NCBI GenBank assembly: GCA_030264375.1
Contig: JASCQW010000072.1
Coordinates: 65,521,992 to 65,585,991, forward strand
DNA: 64,000 nucleotides
Source: Carcharhinus longimanus
Taxonomy: Eukaryota
Reading direction: 5' to 3'
The notes beneath the pieces are model-generated. The model was not told the DNA's origin. It saw nothing but the letters and a program-made list of their open reading frames with translations, and made no database searches. This document shows positions 12,045 to 23,724 of this stretch, piece by piece. A program made the translations under genes and the position numbers. Each line of letters opens with the position of its first letter. Position 1 is the first letter of the stretch.

Positions 12045-13820
12045 GGTGAGCCACACACCTGCATGCTCCGTTCTGGTGAAAATCACTAGAGGCTGCTTTA
12101 TTACAATGAATGGGGGGAGGCAAGTGGAACTCTGCAGGAGTGGTGATGGGGGAATTAACTCTGCAGAGCTGCTGATAGAGGGGGTGAATTCTGCAGTGGT
12201 GGTAATGGGGCGGGGGGGAATGCTGCTGGAATGGTGATCAGATGGAGGTGACTCAGGGAAGTCTGTAGGGCTGGTGAGCAGAGATGGGCGAGAAGGGGAA
12301 CTCTGCAGGGATGGTGAGTAGGGAGGATGGGAAGAGATGGAACTCTGCAGGGTTGATGATGGGGGAGAGGGGAGAACTCTGCAGGGTTTGTGAAAGGGGG
12401 GAAACTGTAGGGGTAGAGATCAGGAGAGGGGATTAGTAGGGGGAGCTCTGCAGATGGAGGCTATTGGCATAGGCGGGGGGAGTGAGGGAGGGAACTTTCC
12501 AGATGGGTGTGACCGGCTGGGGATCAGAAGAGGGCTGATGTATGTGTTGGTGAGTGATGTCCATGAATAGGGGACTATGTCTATGGTGGGAGGGAGGGCT
12601 CGATGTCTATGGGGGCCATCAGGAGATTTTCCGGAATGCTGGGAAATGGAGGCACATGCACAATGGTGCGACTGGAGCTGAGCAGCAGGCTCTACCACCT
12701 CCCCCTGCTGCTGAGAATCACATTGTGTTTCCTTTTAGCAACTAAGGAGGCGATTTTACCATTTTGATTCTAAGTGCTGGATCTGGGCGTAATTCCGATC
12801 TGACTTGGAAACCTGTTCTCAGGCGCCCCCATACGCACGTAGCCTGAAAAAAAATTGCTAGTCTGAATTGTGCTGTGGGCCTGTCTTATCACGTCCAAAT
12901 GCTGCAGCTCCAATCAGAGCCTTCAACTGTGCATGCATAGTAAAAAAAATTTGAAAAACACTCCCCTATCACATCGCTTTCAGTCTGCAAAAAACAGCCA
13001 GTGGGAGATCACCCCCACAGACATTGCCCCACGTCCACAACATAATTGTCCCCCTTATCCACCCACACCCCANNNNNNNNNNNNNNNNNNNNNNNNNNNN
13101 NNNNNNNNNNNNNNNNNNNNNNNNNNNNNNNNNNNNNNNNNNNNNNNNNNNNNNNNNNNCCCGCAGAGTGGCAGCGGACTGCCCAACCAGACAATGATCT
13201 GGCCTCCTCCTCACCAGAGAGAACCTGGCCTGCCTCCTCTTCTCCCCCCTTCCCCCCACCAGAGAACTATTTGGTCTTCTCCTCCTCCCCCCAACAAAGA
13301 GCATCTGGCCTGCCGCCTCCCTCCTCCTCCTTCTACCAGATAATGATTGGGCCTCCCCACCACACCAGAGAACGACCGAGCCTCCTCCTCCTCCCGCCTC
13401 CCCACCCCACTGAAGTGAAGCTGAAGCGCCCAAAACAGATCATTGCCAAGTATGTCTGTTTCATTCCAAATCTGAATGGGCCAACACGATGGTAAAAGCG
13501 GAAATGCCGGTAAATTTGGGTATCCAGCTTATTAAGTCAATTAAAATGCATGCAAATGCATTTAAATTGACGTTGCATCCATTTTGGGTGTGGTGCCGAT
13601 TGCAGCCATTTTCAGGCCTTGGTAAAGTAGGAATCTGCATGGACGGAGGCGCGATTCGCGCCATTCGGCTCACGCCCGATTTTACCAGGTTTTCACGCCC
13701 GGAAATGGATATAACGCAAGTGTCATAAGATTGCATTTTTCAACTTGCCAAATAAATGAGTCTAAAACACTCCTGTTTTCTCACTTGTTCAGCACTTAGA
13801 ATTTTTTGGAAAGATCATCA
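12045..13820 (+). mobile_element. G-rich Harbinger-type MITE (12045-12745 plus 13735-13820) interrupted by a second element
   Basis: Repeated ggaactctgcagg units; terminus cagcacttagaattttttggaaagatc resembles ggcacttagttttgttttgggacaatc at 60125. Confidence 0.55.
12748..13733 (-). mobile_element. Non-autonomous Harbinger-type element nested in the previous one
   Basis: Left end ggcgattttaccattttgattctaagtgc, right end cataagattgc; C-rich repetitive core; CpGs largely retained. Confidence 0.6.
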
Positions 13821-14830
13821 TGTAGTGTATTTAGATTTCCAAAAGGCATTTGACAAGGTGCCACATAAGAGGCTGGTGCATAAATGAAAAACCCATGGAG
13901 TTGAGGAAGCGTGTTTGCACGGATTGAAAACTGACTGTCATGTAGTAAACAATGAGTTGGAATAAATGGGTCCATTTCAGACTGGAAAGATGTAACGAGT
14001 GGAGTACCTAAGGTATCAGTTCTTGGCCCACCATTGTTCACTATTTACATTAATGACCGGGAGGAAGGAANNNNNNNNNNNNNNNNNNNNNNNNNNNNNN
14101 NNNNNNNNNNNNNNNNNNNNNNNNNNNNNNNNNNNNNNNNNNNNNNNNNNNNNNNNNNNNNNNNNNNNNNNNNNNNNNNNNNCCCCTCGTACTGTGTGTC
14201 TCTAACATAGGAAATAGCTTACCTCTGTTTACTCTATCTATACCCTTCATAATCTTATAAACCTCTATTAGATCCCCCTTCAGTCGCCGTCTTTCAAGGG
14301 AAAACAGCCCCAATTTACTCAATCTTTCCTATTTCCTCCCACAGTCTGAAAGACGTGCTGGTTAGGGGCATTGGCCATGTTTAACTGCTCCCTCCGTGTA
14401 CTCAAACACACACTGGAGTGTGCCGACTGGGGGATTTTCATAGTAACTTCATTGCAGTGTTAATATAAGCCTACTTGTGACATTAATAAATAAACTTTAA
14501 AAAACCTGGCAAATGAGGTTTAACATGGGGAACTATTTGGTCATGCACTTTGGTAGCAGGAATAAAAAGGCAGGTTATTATCTAAATGGAAAGACTACAG
14601 GTGAATGAAGTATAAAGGGATCTAGGTATTTTCATGCACGAGTGGCAAAATGCTAGCAGGTAAGTCCAACAAGTAAAGGAGACAAACACCATTTTGCCCT
14701 GTATTGCAAAGGGTTGGAGTTAGATTTAGGAAGGATGTGTTGCAATTGTACAGGATGTTGGTAAGGCCTCACCTGGAGAGTGAAAAAGGCTAATTCCTGG
14801 GATGAGAAGGCTCTCCTAACATGAGAGGTT
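13820..14830. mobile_element. CR1 RT fragments on both strands, with a SINE 3' half at ~14330-14500
   Basis: VVYLDFQKAFDKVPH (+); LGLFSLERRRLKGDLIEVYKIMKG (-); SINE tail agcctacttgtgacattaataaataaac. Confidence 0.85.
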
Positions 14831-14967
14831 TTAATGAGTACCACAGGGATTTGAGAAAGATGCTGGGTGGTGCTAGACTGCCCCAGGGTCTCAGGAAGTG
14901 GATCTATGTGGACATTCAAGGTGTGACACACGGGACTGATACCAGGACATGATACTAAGATAAAAGT

Positions 14968-15087
14968 GGATGCTGGAATTGGAAACAAGAACAGAAAATG
15001 CTGAAAAACCTTAGCAAGTCTGATAGCATCTATGGAGAGAGAATAGAGCCAACATTTCAAGTCTACATGACCCTTCGTCAGAGCTCT
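14968..15087 (-). mobile_element. Penelope-like terminal repeat (pLTR) fragment
   Basis: Homologous (reverse complement) to 29975-30066; carries a hammerhead core. Confidence 0.7.
15045..15087 (-). ncRNA. Minimal type-I hammerhead ribozyme motif
   Basis: Minus strand AGAGCT-CTGACGA-A-GGGTC-ATGTA-GACTT-GAAA-TG-TT-GGCTCT: core boxes intact, stems I and II can form. Confidence 0.7.
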
Positions 15088-15807
15088 GGGAATTCCATAT
15101 CAGCATGTTTCACATGGGTGTTCTTTTAGTGCACGTATGGATTGATTGTGAGTTGATTCGTGCCAGATGCAGTGGCACGGATCACACCGATTTTCTCGTC
15201 CAAAATGACACGTCGAGTAGGATTCCCCAATTACGCAAGTCCCAAGATCAGAAGCTTCTGTCTGAGCTCAACAGACCTTTAAATGGTCCACCAAATTTTC
15301 TGTCTCGCCCCACTATGATTCCCATGGCAGACGAAATGGGAAATTTCAGTTTAAGTCCCTTTTTAGGAAAATTTCACCCTGTGAATGGTAAGAAAATTTG
15401 TTGTTTGGCACCATTTATGCTTGTTAAATCCAGCTATTCAATCATTCCAATAAATTATTTTCTCTTCCCTTTCACATCATATTTTCACGCACATTTTGAA
15501 GCCTATCTACTGTTGCATCATTTGTTCTTATGTTCATTTTGATAGTTGATTTAGATTTTTGTTTGCATTTATTGACAACTTGAACTTAGAGTTGAGCTAC
15601 TGCTTGCTTCTGCTTAACAAAGCCCAATTAGCAAAACTGACTGCAGAATTGAATCATAAAATCATTAAATGGTTACAGCACAAAAAGAGGCCATTCAACC
15701 CATCGAGTACAAGGTAGTCCTCTGCAGCAGCTAGCCCCACTTCCCCACCTTTTCCCTGTGACTCTATAACATTTTTTTTTATTTGGAGGTGAATTTCCAA
15801 TTCCCAT

Positions 15808-15922
15808 TTGATTTGATTCATTATTATTATACGTATTAACATACAGTGAAAAGTATTGTTTCTTGTGTTCTATATAGCAGAGCATATCATCCATAGAGAA
15901 GGAGATGAGAGGGTGCAGCGTA
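15808..15922 (-). mobile_element. Rex1/Babar 3' tail fragment
   Basis: tttgatttgatt...catacagtgaaaagtattgtttcttgtg, shared with ~11110. Confidence 0.7.
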
Positions 15923-16119
15923 GTTAGAGAGTTTAAAAGAGTTAGGAAGAATTTTGAGAAGCATAAAATGAGAGTAAAAAATAGAATTTGAAGGTATGCT
16001 GGGCAAAATTTGCAAGAAGTCACCTCGCTCTGATGCCACCTTGATCTTCAATAGTTAAAGCTGAGAGTTCTTTCTAGATCCTGACCACTTGGGGCACTTT
16101 GTGTCAAGATCCTTGATGA

Positions 16120-17300
16120 AAACAGAGAAATGATATGTCCAGGTCGTGAAGGAGAGGTGAAGAAATTCTACCAATGTCTATACAGCTGGCATTTTGTGCT
16201 GTTAACCAATCACAAGCCCAGTCTTAAGTAAAGAATGGATTTCGTCTTCCAAGAGAAGATTATTCATAGAAATCAGCCTGATTTGAGTTCCTGCCTATCG
16301 AGAAGGTGGGAGTTTTCCATTACTGATGGATATCTTGTGAGATATGAGAGTGATAAGTCCTTCCACATTACATAGGAAGGTGTTAGATCAAGGGCATCTA
16401 GGGGTGATGCAAATGAAAAAGATTGCCAGGAGATATTTTTGATGGTCAAGCATGGGCTTCTTGATCAAGGAGAAGACAGGTGCTTCTGAATATTGTACTG
16501 TAATGTGGAAAACAGCGTCGTTGTCACCCCTCCACCCATGGGAATGGCCTGAGACTCTTTGGTAAAGGATCCATGTAGATTTCCAGGTCTGCTGGAAGGG
16601 AAAATGTTTTGGGTAGTGGTCAATGCCCACTCAAAATAGCCAGAAGTAGCAATTATGAAGTTGATGTCCGCAGAGGCGACTATTGAGCAACTCAGCAGAT
16701 TGCCCTGATCAGTTATTGAGTGACAACAAACCACAATTTGTAGCAAACGAATTTAGGGACTACCTTGACCACCAAAGACTCAAACAAGTGAAGTTGGTTC
16801 TATACCACCCTACAACAAATGGCCAGGCTGAAAAGTTTGTCCAGACTTTAAAACAGGCGTTTACGGTTTCCCAAGGCGAGGGTTCTCTGGAAAGGTGAGT
16901 GAATTGATTCTTAAGCACATATTGCAGCATACGCCATGCAACAACCCAATGTTTCCCGGCATCATTGACATCTGTTTGGTTGCAGATTAAGGACCACTTT
17001 TGACCTGATGTGGCCAGAGGAGAGGTGAGAAGTGGTAGCAAAGAACCAAGAAGGGCTGATGACTTAAAGAGAGGGAAAGTCAAGAAAGTCCAGGAAAGGG
17101 GAAACCGTGTTGGTGAGGAACTATATGGTAGGGGAAAAATAGCTTCCGACAACAGGGGTGGCCCAGATGAGACCAGTATCATACAATTTGCAGACCCAGA
17201 ACGAATGGGTGTGGAGGAAATATGTGGATCAGCTGGTGGTTGCTCCACATCAAAGTTGGGAAATCCTCCCTGATCTAGAGTTGTTGCATAAGGAACCAAC
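16120..17300 (+). mobile_element. Gypsy/Ty3 LTR retrotransposon pol remnant (RNase H end and integrase)
   Basis: KKFYQCLY..FVLLTNHKP; GHLGVMQMKKIARRYF; PLHPWEWPE..RIHVDF; LLSDNKPQF..YHPTTNGQAEKFVQTLK; VWRKYVDQL. Confidence 0.9.
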
Positions 17301-17619
17301 TGAGTCTTGTGTTCCTGAAATTGAGGGAGTTCTGAACAGGGAGGAAACATTGGAGAAGCTGCTGATCACAGTAACAATGGGCAAGAGAGGAAACCTGAGA
17401 GCTTTTGGAATTGCAGGGGAGAACACCTTGCAGGCAATGAGATTATCCAGGAACCATCAAACTCCAGATAAATTGTTTGTGTCTATATAGTCTTATAAAT
17501 GAATGTTGATATTGCCATTCACAGTGATGTTCATGTTTATGTTTGGTATATAGTTGAATTGTGTATTTCCATAATTGTGTTTAAACTGTATTACAAATGT
17601 ATGTTATCTGGGATTTTGA

Positions 17620-17812
17620 AGTCAGAGGGGAAAGTATGTATGCTGCTAATGTATGCTGGGGGCATGCCCCTTTAAAAAAAGGGTGGAGCTTGCCTTAACC
17701 AGCCTGAAACTGACTGCTAGGAATAAGACATATTAGTAAACTGTTCCAATCATTTTACTACTACTGACCTCGTGGGTCTTTTATTAGTCTCAGTATCAGA
17801 TCTCAAACATAA
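17620..17812 (+). mobile_element. Probable polypurine tract and 3' LTR of the Gypsy remnant
   Basis: agaggggaaag followed by TGTA..., downstream of the integrase. Confidence 0.45.
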
Positions 17813-17914
17813 TAAGAATCTCTTCCAGTTTCTCTCTATAATCTTCGTCTAGATCTATCGTGATTCTGAATGCCTGTATCAAATCTCCTCAAGTATTTTA
17901 TTTTCTAATGGGAA

Positions 17915-18232
17915 CAACCCATAGGCAACAAGATACATGGGACAATCACCATCTGCAAGATCTCTATGTCATTCACCATTCTGACCTGGAAATATATCAC
18001 AGCTCTTCACTGATGCTGGGTCAAAATTCTGGAACTTCCCCCTGAACAGCACTGTCAGTATACTTGNNNNNNNNNNNNNNNNNNNNNNNNNNNNNNNNNN
18101 NNNNNNNNNNNNNNNNNNNNNNNNNNNNNNNNNNNNNNNNNNNNNNNNNNNNNNNNNNNNNNNNNNCACTGTCAGTATACTTGCTTCAGGGACTGCAGCA
18201 CAACACCAACATTTTGTCAATGAATAAATGAT
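17915..18232 (+). mobile_element. Zenon-like CR1 3' end fragment
   Basis: ttcactgatgctgggtcaaaattctggaacttccc, also at ~40430-40470. Confidence 0.65.
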
Positions 18233-18781
18233 TTAAATTACCCTCCTTATAAGTAAAAAAATGATGAAAGCAACATTATTCCCTGTTATAAACTAACTTG
18301 CTACTCAGGGTTCTGGTCTTGACTGAATAAGCTTGAATGAATTTTCCATTGCCAAATCAGTCACCCTACTTAACCTAACTGCACTGGCCAAGACTATAAT
18401 GTTGATTTTCAACTTAATGTTTGGGCATAGATCTGGCAATGTGGATTCAAACTCATTATTGAAATCATTTGACCTTATTTCATTTGGTGGTATCTATAAT
18501 CACTGTCTTATCATAACATCAGTTTTACACCTGAACGTTAAGTTTGCACTTTACCCACATGTGCTTCTTGCTCTCTTTTAGCCAATACCCCCACACCTAA
18601 ATCTCATCTCTTCATTGGTGCTTGACATCCTGCAATGCTTTCCCTTCATCTTTTTGCCCATCTCCTCTTCCCATATCCCCATTGCCATTAAAGTGCTGAC
18701 CACCCAACATCCCAATCTAGCCCTTATTAGATGACATTGAAAATTATTTCCTCTTTTCACTTTCTCTTCCTTCTAAAACTT

Positions 18782-19346
18782 TGATGTGGAGATGCCAGCG
18801 TTGGACTAGGGTGGGCAACAATTGTTATGCAACAATTGCCAGGCAGGAGTGTTCCCTTCCAGTCAGTGAACACTTCAGCAATCAAGGGCATTCAGCCTCC
18901 AATCTTCAGGTAAGCATTCTCCAAGGCAGCCTTCAAGACACACAACACAGAATCTCCAAGCAAAAACTGATAGCCAAGTTCTGCACGTGTAAGGATGGCT
19001 TCAATCAGGGTCTTGAGCTCATGTCACCCTACATGCAACTCTCATTATACTGCCCGGATTTGCAAAATACTACTAATGGTCCTAGCTTGAGACAATTCAT
19101 ATCTCTTCACCCTGCGATTATCTCTCTTTCCACTCACATTGTAAACACTTGATTACCTGTAAAGACTCACATTCCAGCCATTCTTCACATTCCAATCTGT
19201 AATTATCTTGTAATGGTGTCTTTGCCAATGTATGCAGTGTTTGTAAACCTACCTCCACTCACCTGATGAAGGAGCAGCACTCCAAAAGCTTGTGATTCCA
19301 AATAAAGCTGTCGGACTTAAATCTGGTGTGTGAGACTTCTTACTGT
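18782..19346 (+). mobile_element. Penelope-like element 3' end with inverted pLTR piece at the 5' junction
   Basis: SLPVSEHFSNQGHSASNLQVSILQG..KLIAKF..GFN (EN C-terminus); 18782-18812 is the near reverse complement of the pLTR end at 23935-23962. Confidence 0.85.
19259..19295 (+). ncRNA. Minimal hammerhead ribozyme motif with a core G12>A change
   Basis: TCAC-CTGATGA-A-GGAGC-AGC-ACTCC-AAAA-GC-TT-GTGA. Confidence 0.7.
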
Positions 19347-19636
19347 TCCAAAACTGATCATGACTCCTGTCTTTTTAAAAAAAAACACCTTGCAAATGAT
19401 GTTTCAATTTCCAAAATGTCTTGGTTCCTTGGATGGAAAGTTCAATTCCCAATTCTCCATTGCCAAAACAATCCCCTTCCCAAACAAACTGGGCTGGCCA
19501 AGAACATTACTACTTTAATGTAAAACTGGCATTGCCTATTCCCCTTCCCCTTCACTAGCTGCTGTCTCATAGAAACTAGAAGCAGGAGTAGGCCATTCAG
19601 CCCTTTCAGCCTACTCCACCACTCATTTTAACCATG

Positions 19637-19972
19637 GAGGCAGCATGGTGGCACAGTGGTTAGCACTGCTGCCTCAGCTCCAGGGATCCGGGTTTGATTC
19701 CCAGTCTGGGTCACTGTCTGTGTGGAGTTTGCACATTCTCCCAGTGTCTGCATGTGTTTCCTCTGGGTGCTCCGGTTTCCTCCCACCATCTAAAGATGAG
19801 CGGGATAGGTGGATTAGCCATGCTAAATTGCTCCTTGGTCTCCCAGGGTGCTTTGGTTAGAGGGATGAACAGGTAAATACATGGGATTACAGGGATAGGG
19901 CCTGGGTGGGATTGTTGCCTGTGCTGACTTGATGGGCCAAATGGCCTTCTTCTGCACTGCAGGGATTCTATG
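19637..19972 (+). mobile_element. V-SINE (HE1-type)
   Basis: ggcagcatggtggcacagtggttagcactgctgcc head, V domain, tail ctgcactgcagggattctatga. Confidence 0.95.
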
Positions 19973-20039
19973 AGGTTGATCATCAAATTCAATATTCTGA
20001 TCCTTCCTCCCATATTCCTTGATTGCATTGGCCCCAAGA

Positions 20040-20700
20040 ATATATCATCAATGGGATGAAGTGGAAATGCTTGACAGCCTCAAGTTTCCAGATGTCCAGA
20101 TCACCAACAACCTGTCCTGGTCGTTCCACACTGACAAAAGTTAAGAAAGCCCACCAACACTTCCATTTTCTCAGGAGGCTAAGAAAATTTGGCATGTCCA
20201 CCATAACTTCCATCAACTTCCATAGATGCACCAGAGAAATCATCCCCTTCAGATATAGCACAGCCCAGCATTGCTCCTGCTCTGACAAAGACCACAAGAA
20301 ACTACAAAGGGCTGTGCACGTAGCCCAGTCCATCACAGAAACTAGCCTCCCATCCATTACTCTGTCTACTTTTAATGTTGCCACAGAAAAGCAGCTAGCA
20401 TGTTCAAGGTCTCCAGACATTCCTTCCTCCACTGGGGAAGAGACACAAAAGTCTGAGACCGTGTACCAACCAACTCAAGGACAGCCCCCTCCCTACTGCC
20501 ATCAGACCCTCAAATGAATCTATCCCATACCAAGTTGATCCTTCTTTACACCCTTGCCATGACTGCAATGCCACACTCTACATGCTCTCCCTTCCCTCTT
20601 CCCATGTACTCTCTGAACGGTATGCTCCATCAGCTCTGCATGCAAGAAACTACACTCTTCACTGTACACCAATACATGATAATAATAAATCAAATCAAAT
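20040..20700 (+). mobile_element. Rex1/Babar LINE 3' end
   Basis: KKAHQHFHFLRRLRKFGMS..NFHRCTRE..DHKKLQRAVHVAQSIT; aataaatcaaatcaaat tail. Confidence 0.9.
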
Positions 20701-21639
20701 ATATGTCATTTCTTCTTGAAATCACGCAACATATCCCTGAAATTCTAACCAAGTGACTGTCATCAGATATGCTCCTCACCCTGTGAAGTAAGCATCACCC
20801 TGTCACAGACATCACTATTACACGCGTGACTCTTACATGCACATTACCCTGTTACAATGTAATGCAATGTGCGTCTCAATAAACATCTGTTTTTCTTTGA
20901 ATACAGGAGACTGATTTATGGATTAGATGTATTATTAGCATATCTTTTAACAAACAAATATCATTTTCAAGTCATTAAGAATTGGAATTCATACAAATTA
21001 CCTACGTAGAACCAAGCCATTTGGAAAGGGCATCGATTCCACATCTTGTAGTGAACACCGGGGCCCTCGGTTAATGACATCACTCAGCCTCACTTTCTAT
21101 TTCCAACGTGGGCTGAGGTGAATGAGATAACCAAACACTANNNNNNNNNNACTACCACAATGAGAAACTAATGTACCTAACAGCATTACAACCAGAACAT
21201 GTCTTTCAGAATCAATTGTCTACACAGCACATTGATCAAACAGCTGGACAACATTCAAACTCTGCCCAGAGCTAAGAGAAGTACAAGCCTCACCAACTAT
21301 TAGATAACTGTCTCAACTCTGATCTTTTATAATCAGTTACAAATATGATCAATAATATAACACTGCACATCACAGACACATGAAATCTTTCTCTCACAAA
21401 CACATTAGAAATCTCGATGCTGGCTGAAAGATAAGGAGAAGAAAGTAGCAATTAAATACTTGAGAAATGGGGATAAAGTGTGAGGAGGCAGTGAAGCACA
21501 ACTCAAGGGAGACATTGACAAAAAGATTCAGCTACAACTGGTGTGGAGAGTCTGAGAGGCCGATAGCCTAAACTTAGAGACGTAGACAGGCAGAGAGAGG
21601 GCGCAAGGACCTGAAAAAGACTGAAGTATTTTCAGCAAC

Positions 21640-21812
21640 TGAAGGAGTGGAGGGAACTGAGGAAAATTGAGGGAGATTCAAAAAGTAAGAAGGGCTGAAC
21701 AGAGTGAGGGACAGTGGAGTGTGTGAAGGACAGAGGGAGGGTGTGAGAGACAGGGAGGGTGTGAGGGGTGAGGAGGCAGGATGTCAGAGAGAGGGGGTGA
21801 GGGTGAGGTCTC
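21640..21812. repeat. Purine-rich low-complexity tract
   Basis: Repeated gggagggtgtgag-type units. Confidence 0.7.
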
Positions 21813-21849
21813 AAGCTAAACTAGATTATTTGTAACCTCAAAATCTCAC

Positions 21850-22060
21850 TTGGCTCCAAACTGACCTTCTAACCTTATATTTCTCTCTATCCCAACACTG
21901 CCTACATTTATAAAATCACTTCCCTGAGCCAATCTGCTGTTGAAAATCTTATCCATGGCTTTTTTGCCTTCATGTTCAAGTATTTGATGCACTTCTGATT
22001 GGACTCTCATCTTCCATCGTCACTTGTCTTATCCAACCCCTGTTGGCCATATGCTCACAC
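21850..22060 (+). mobile_element. Old L2 LINE RT C-terminal fragment
   Basis: AVENLIHGFFAFMFKY..ALLIGLSSS resembles L2 AETLIHAFVTSRLDYSNALLAGLP. Confidence 0.55.
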
Positions 22061-23092
22061 TAGGTCCTTGTATATGGTGTGCTCATACCCATTGGAAAGG
22101 CGGTAGGTTTAAGCACAAAGTTAGTTCACACACCTCATTTCCATGTTGTAACTTGGCCATAAGGAGCTTGCATTCAGTCCCAACCTCTCTTTCAGTGCAA
22201 ATATCCTCTGCAGACTTGAAAGGTCCAAAAATAAATGCTTTGGAACAATGTGCTATAGGCAGCTCTCCCTACTTAAAGGCATGGCCCCTATTAATAAGAA
22301 TGCAGCAATACTCTGTAGCTTCTGGATAATTATTTTTCATCATTCTAAAGCAAGAAGATGGGTTCCAAAGTTCTCTGACACCTCTGCCAAGACACACACT
22401 CTGCCAAAAGGTCCAGGCCCAGAAGAAGGATGACAGGTAGGAAATCTCCTAGNNNNNNNNNNNNNNNNNNNNNNNNNNNNNNNNNNNNNNNNNNNNNNNN
22501 NNNNNNNNNNNNNNNNNNNNNNNNNNNNNNNNNNNNNNNNNNNNNNNNNNNNCCCCCCCCCACCACCACCCCCAATCCCTCACCCGTGGTTGGGTGAAGG
22601 AGTTGACCTCAGGGGTCCTCCTCAGGATAAGTCTCTCATGGTTGGATTTCTCCCTGCTTTCCTGGAAAACATGACAATCATTCTTAGGATAGTGATTTCA
22701 GCTACCTTTGTGGTAAAAGCCTTTATCATTGTCTGTGTTCTGTAAAACATTTGAAGTGACCTAGTCTCATTGAAATCCATACCACCAGAACACATGGAAG
22801 CCTTCAAAATCAAAGCTGCACTCCATTCTACAGTACAGATTACTCTTGATTGATTTCAGAAGCTCTATGTGTAACCAAACCTCTTAGAACTATTTTGAGT
22901 GACAGGAGCTATTAGCTTCATTAGGAAAATCCCCTCTCTTTCTCTCATAAACTCCAGCTACTCTGAAACTTCTTACAACTGCTTTGATTGACATGAGCAT
23001 TCAATTTTACTAGGGAGATTTCCCTTTCTAGCTTGAATGAGCTCCAACCGCTCTGAAAACTCAGAACAGTTTTGATTAATAATTCCAGCAAA

Positions 23093-23177
23093 TAGTCTCA
23101 CAACACCAGGTTAAAATCCAACAGGTCTTTTTGATAGCACAAGCTTTTGGAGCGCTGCTCCTTCATCAGCTGAGTGT
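23093..23177 (-). mobile_element. Solo Penelope pLTR fragment containing a hammerhead motif (23138-23173)
   Basis: Minus strand CTGATGA-A-GGAGC-AGC-GCTCC-AAAA-GC-TT-GTG; homologous to 19256-19345. Confidence 0.8.
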
Positions 23178-23386
23178 TCCAGAGCAGATCAGAGAGGAGA
23201 TTAGCCTAGACTTGTTTACATGAGGAACTGCTGGCCTACTAGCTGCTATAGGCTTTTTTGATTGACAGTTCCAGGGCAGAACAAAGAGTTTTTATTTAAA
23301 ACTGCTATTATTTCTTTTTCTCCAGTCTCCGACTTGAGAAAAAGAATCTTAGAAAAGCTTTCTAATAACACATTTTTAAAGACAAT

Positions 23387-23512
23387 GACCGGAATTTTAC
23401 TGGCCCGCCTGTCACAGGAATCAGAACAGATGACGTGTGGACTATGGAAAAGTCCGTTGACTTTGGACAGGATTTTATGGCCTTGGGGTGAGCGAGGCTG
23501 TAAATCCCACCC
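23387..23512 (-). mobile_element. ~125-bp Harbinger-type MITE
   Basis: Ends gaccggaattttac ... gtaaatcccaccc; reverse-orientation homologue of 37567 and 40017. Confidence 0.7.
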
Positions 23513-23724
23513 ATAGGCTTTGTTTTCTTGTCCACAAAGCCTCCAGCAAAACTGTAAAAGATTTTGTGGTTGCTTTTTACATCTTGGTCAATTTCCAACA
23601 AATGCACAAATCTCTCAGTCACACTAATCTTTAGGCTGTGGCTTCACTTCAGCGTTTTAAGAATGGTCCACATGCCTGAACAATAGTAACACCTCCACCA
23701 CACAAGTGTCTGCCACAGCTCAAA

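Noticed and set aside
18333-18581. Unique-looking region open on both strands in mirrored frames
   Set aside because: No recognisable domain and no convincing splice-site pair
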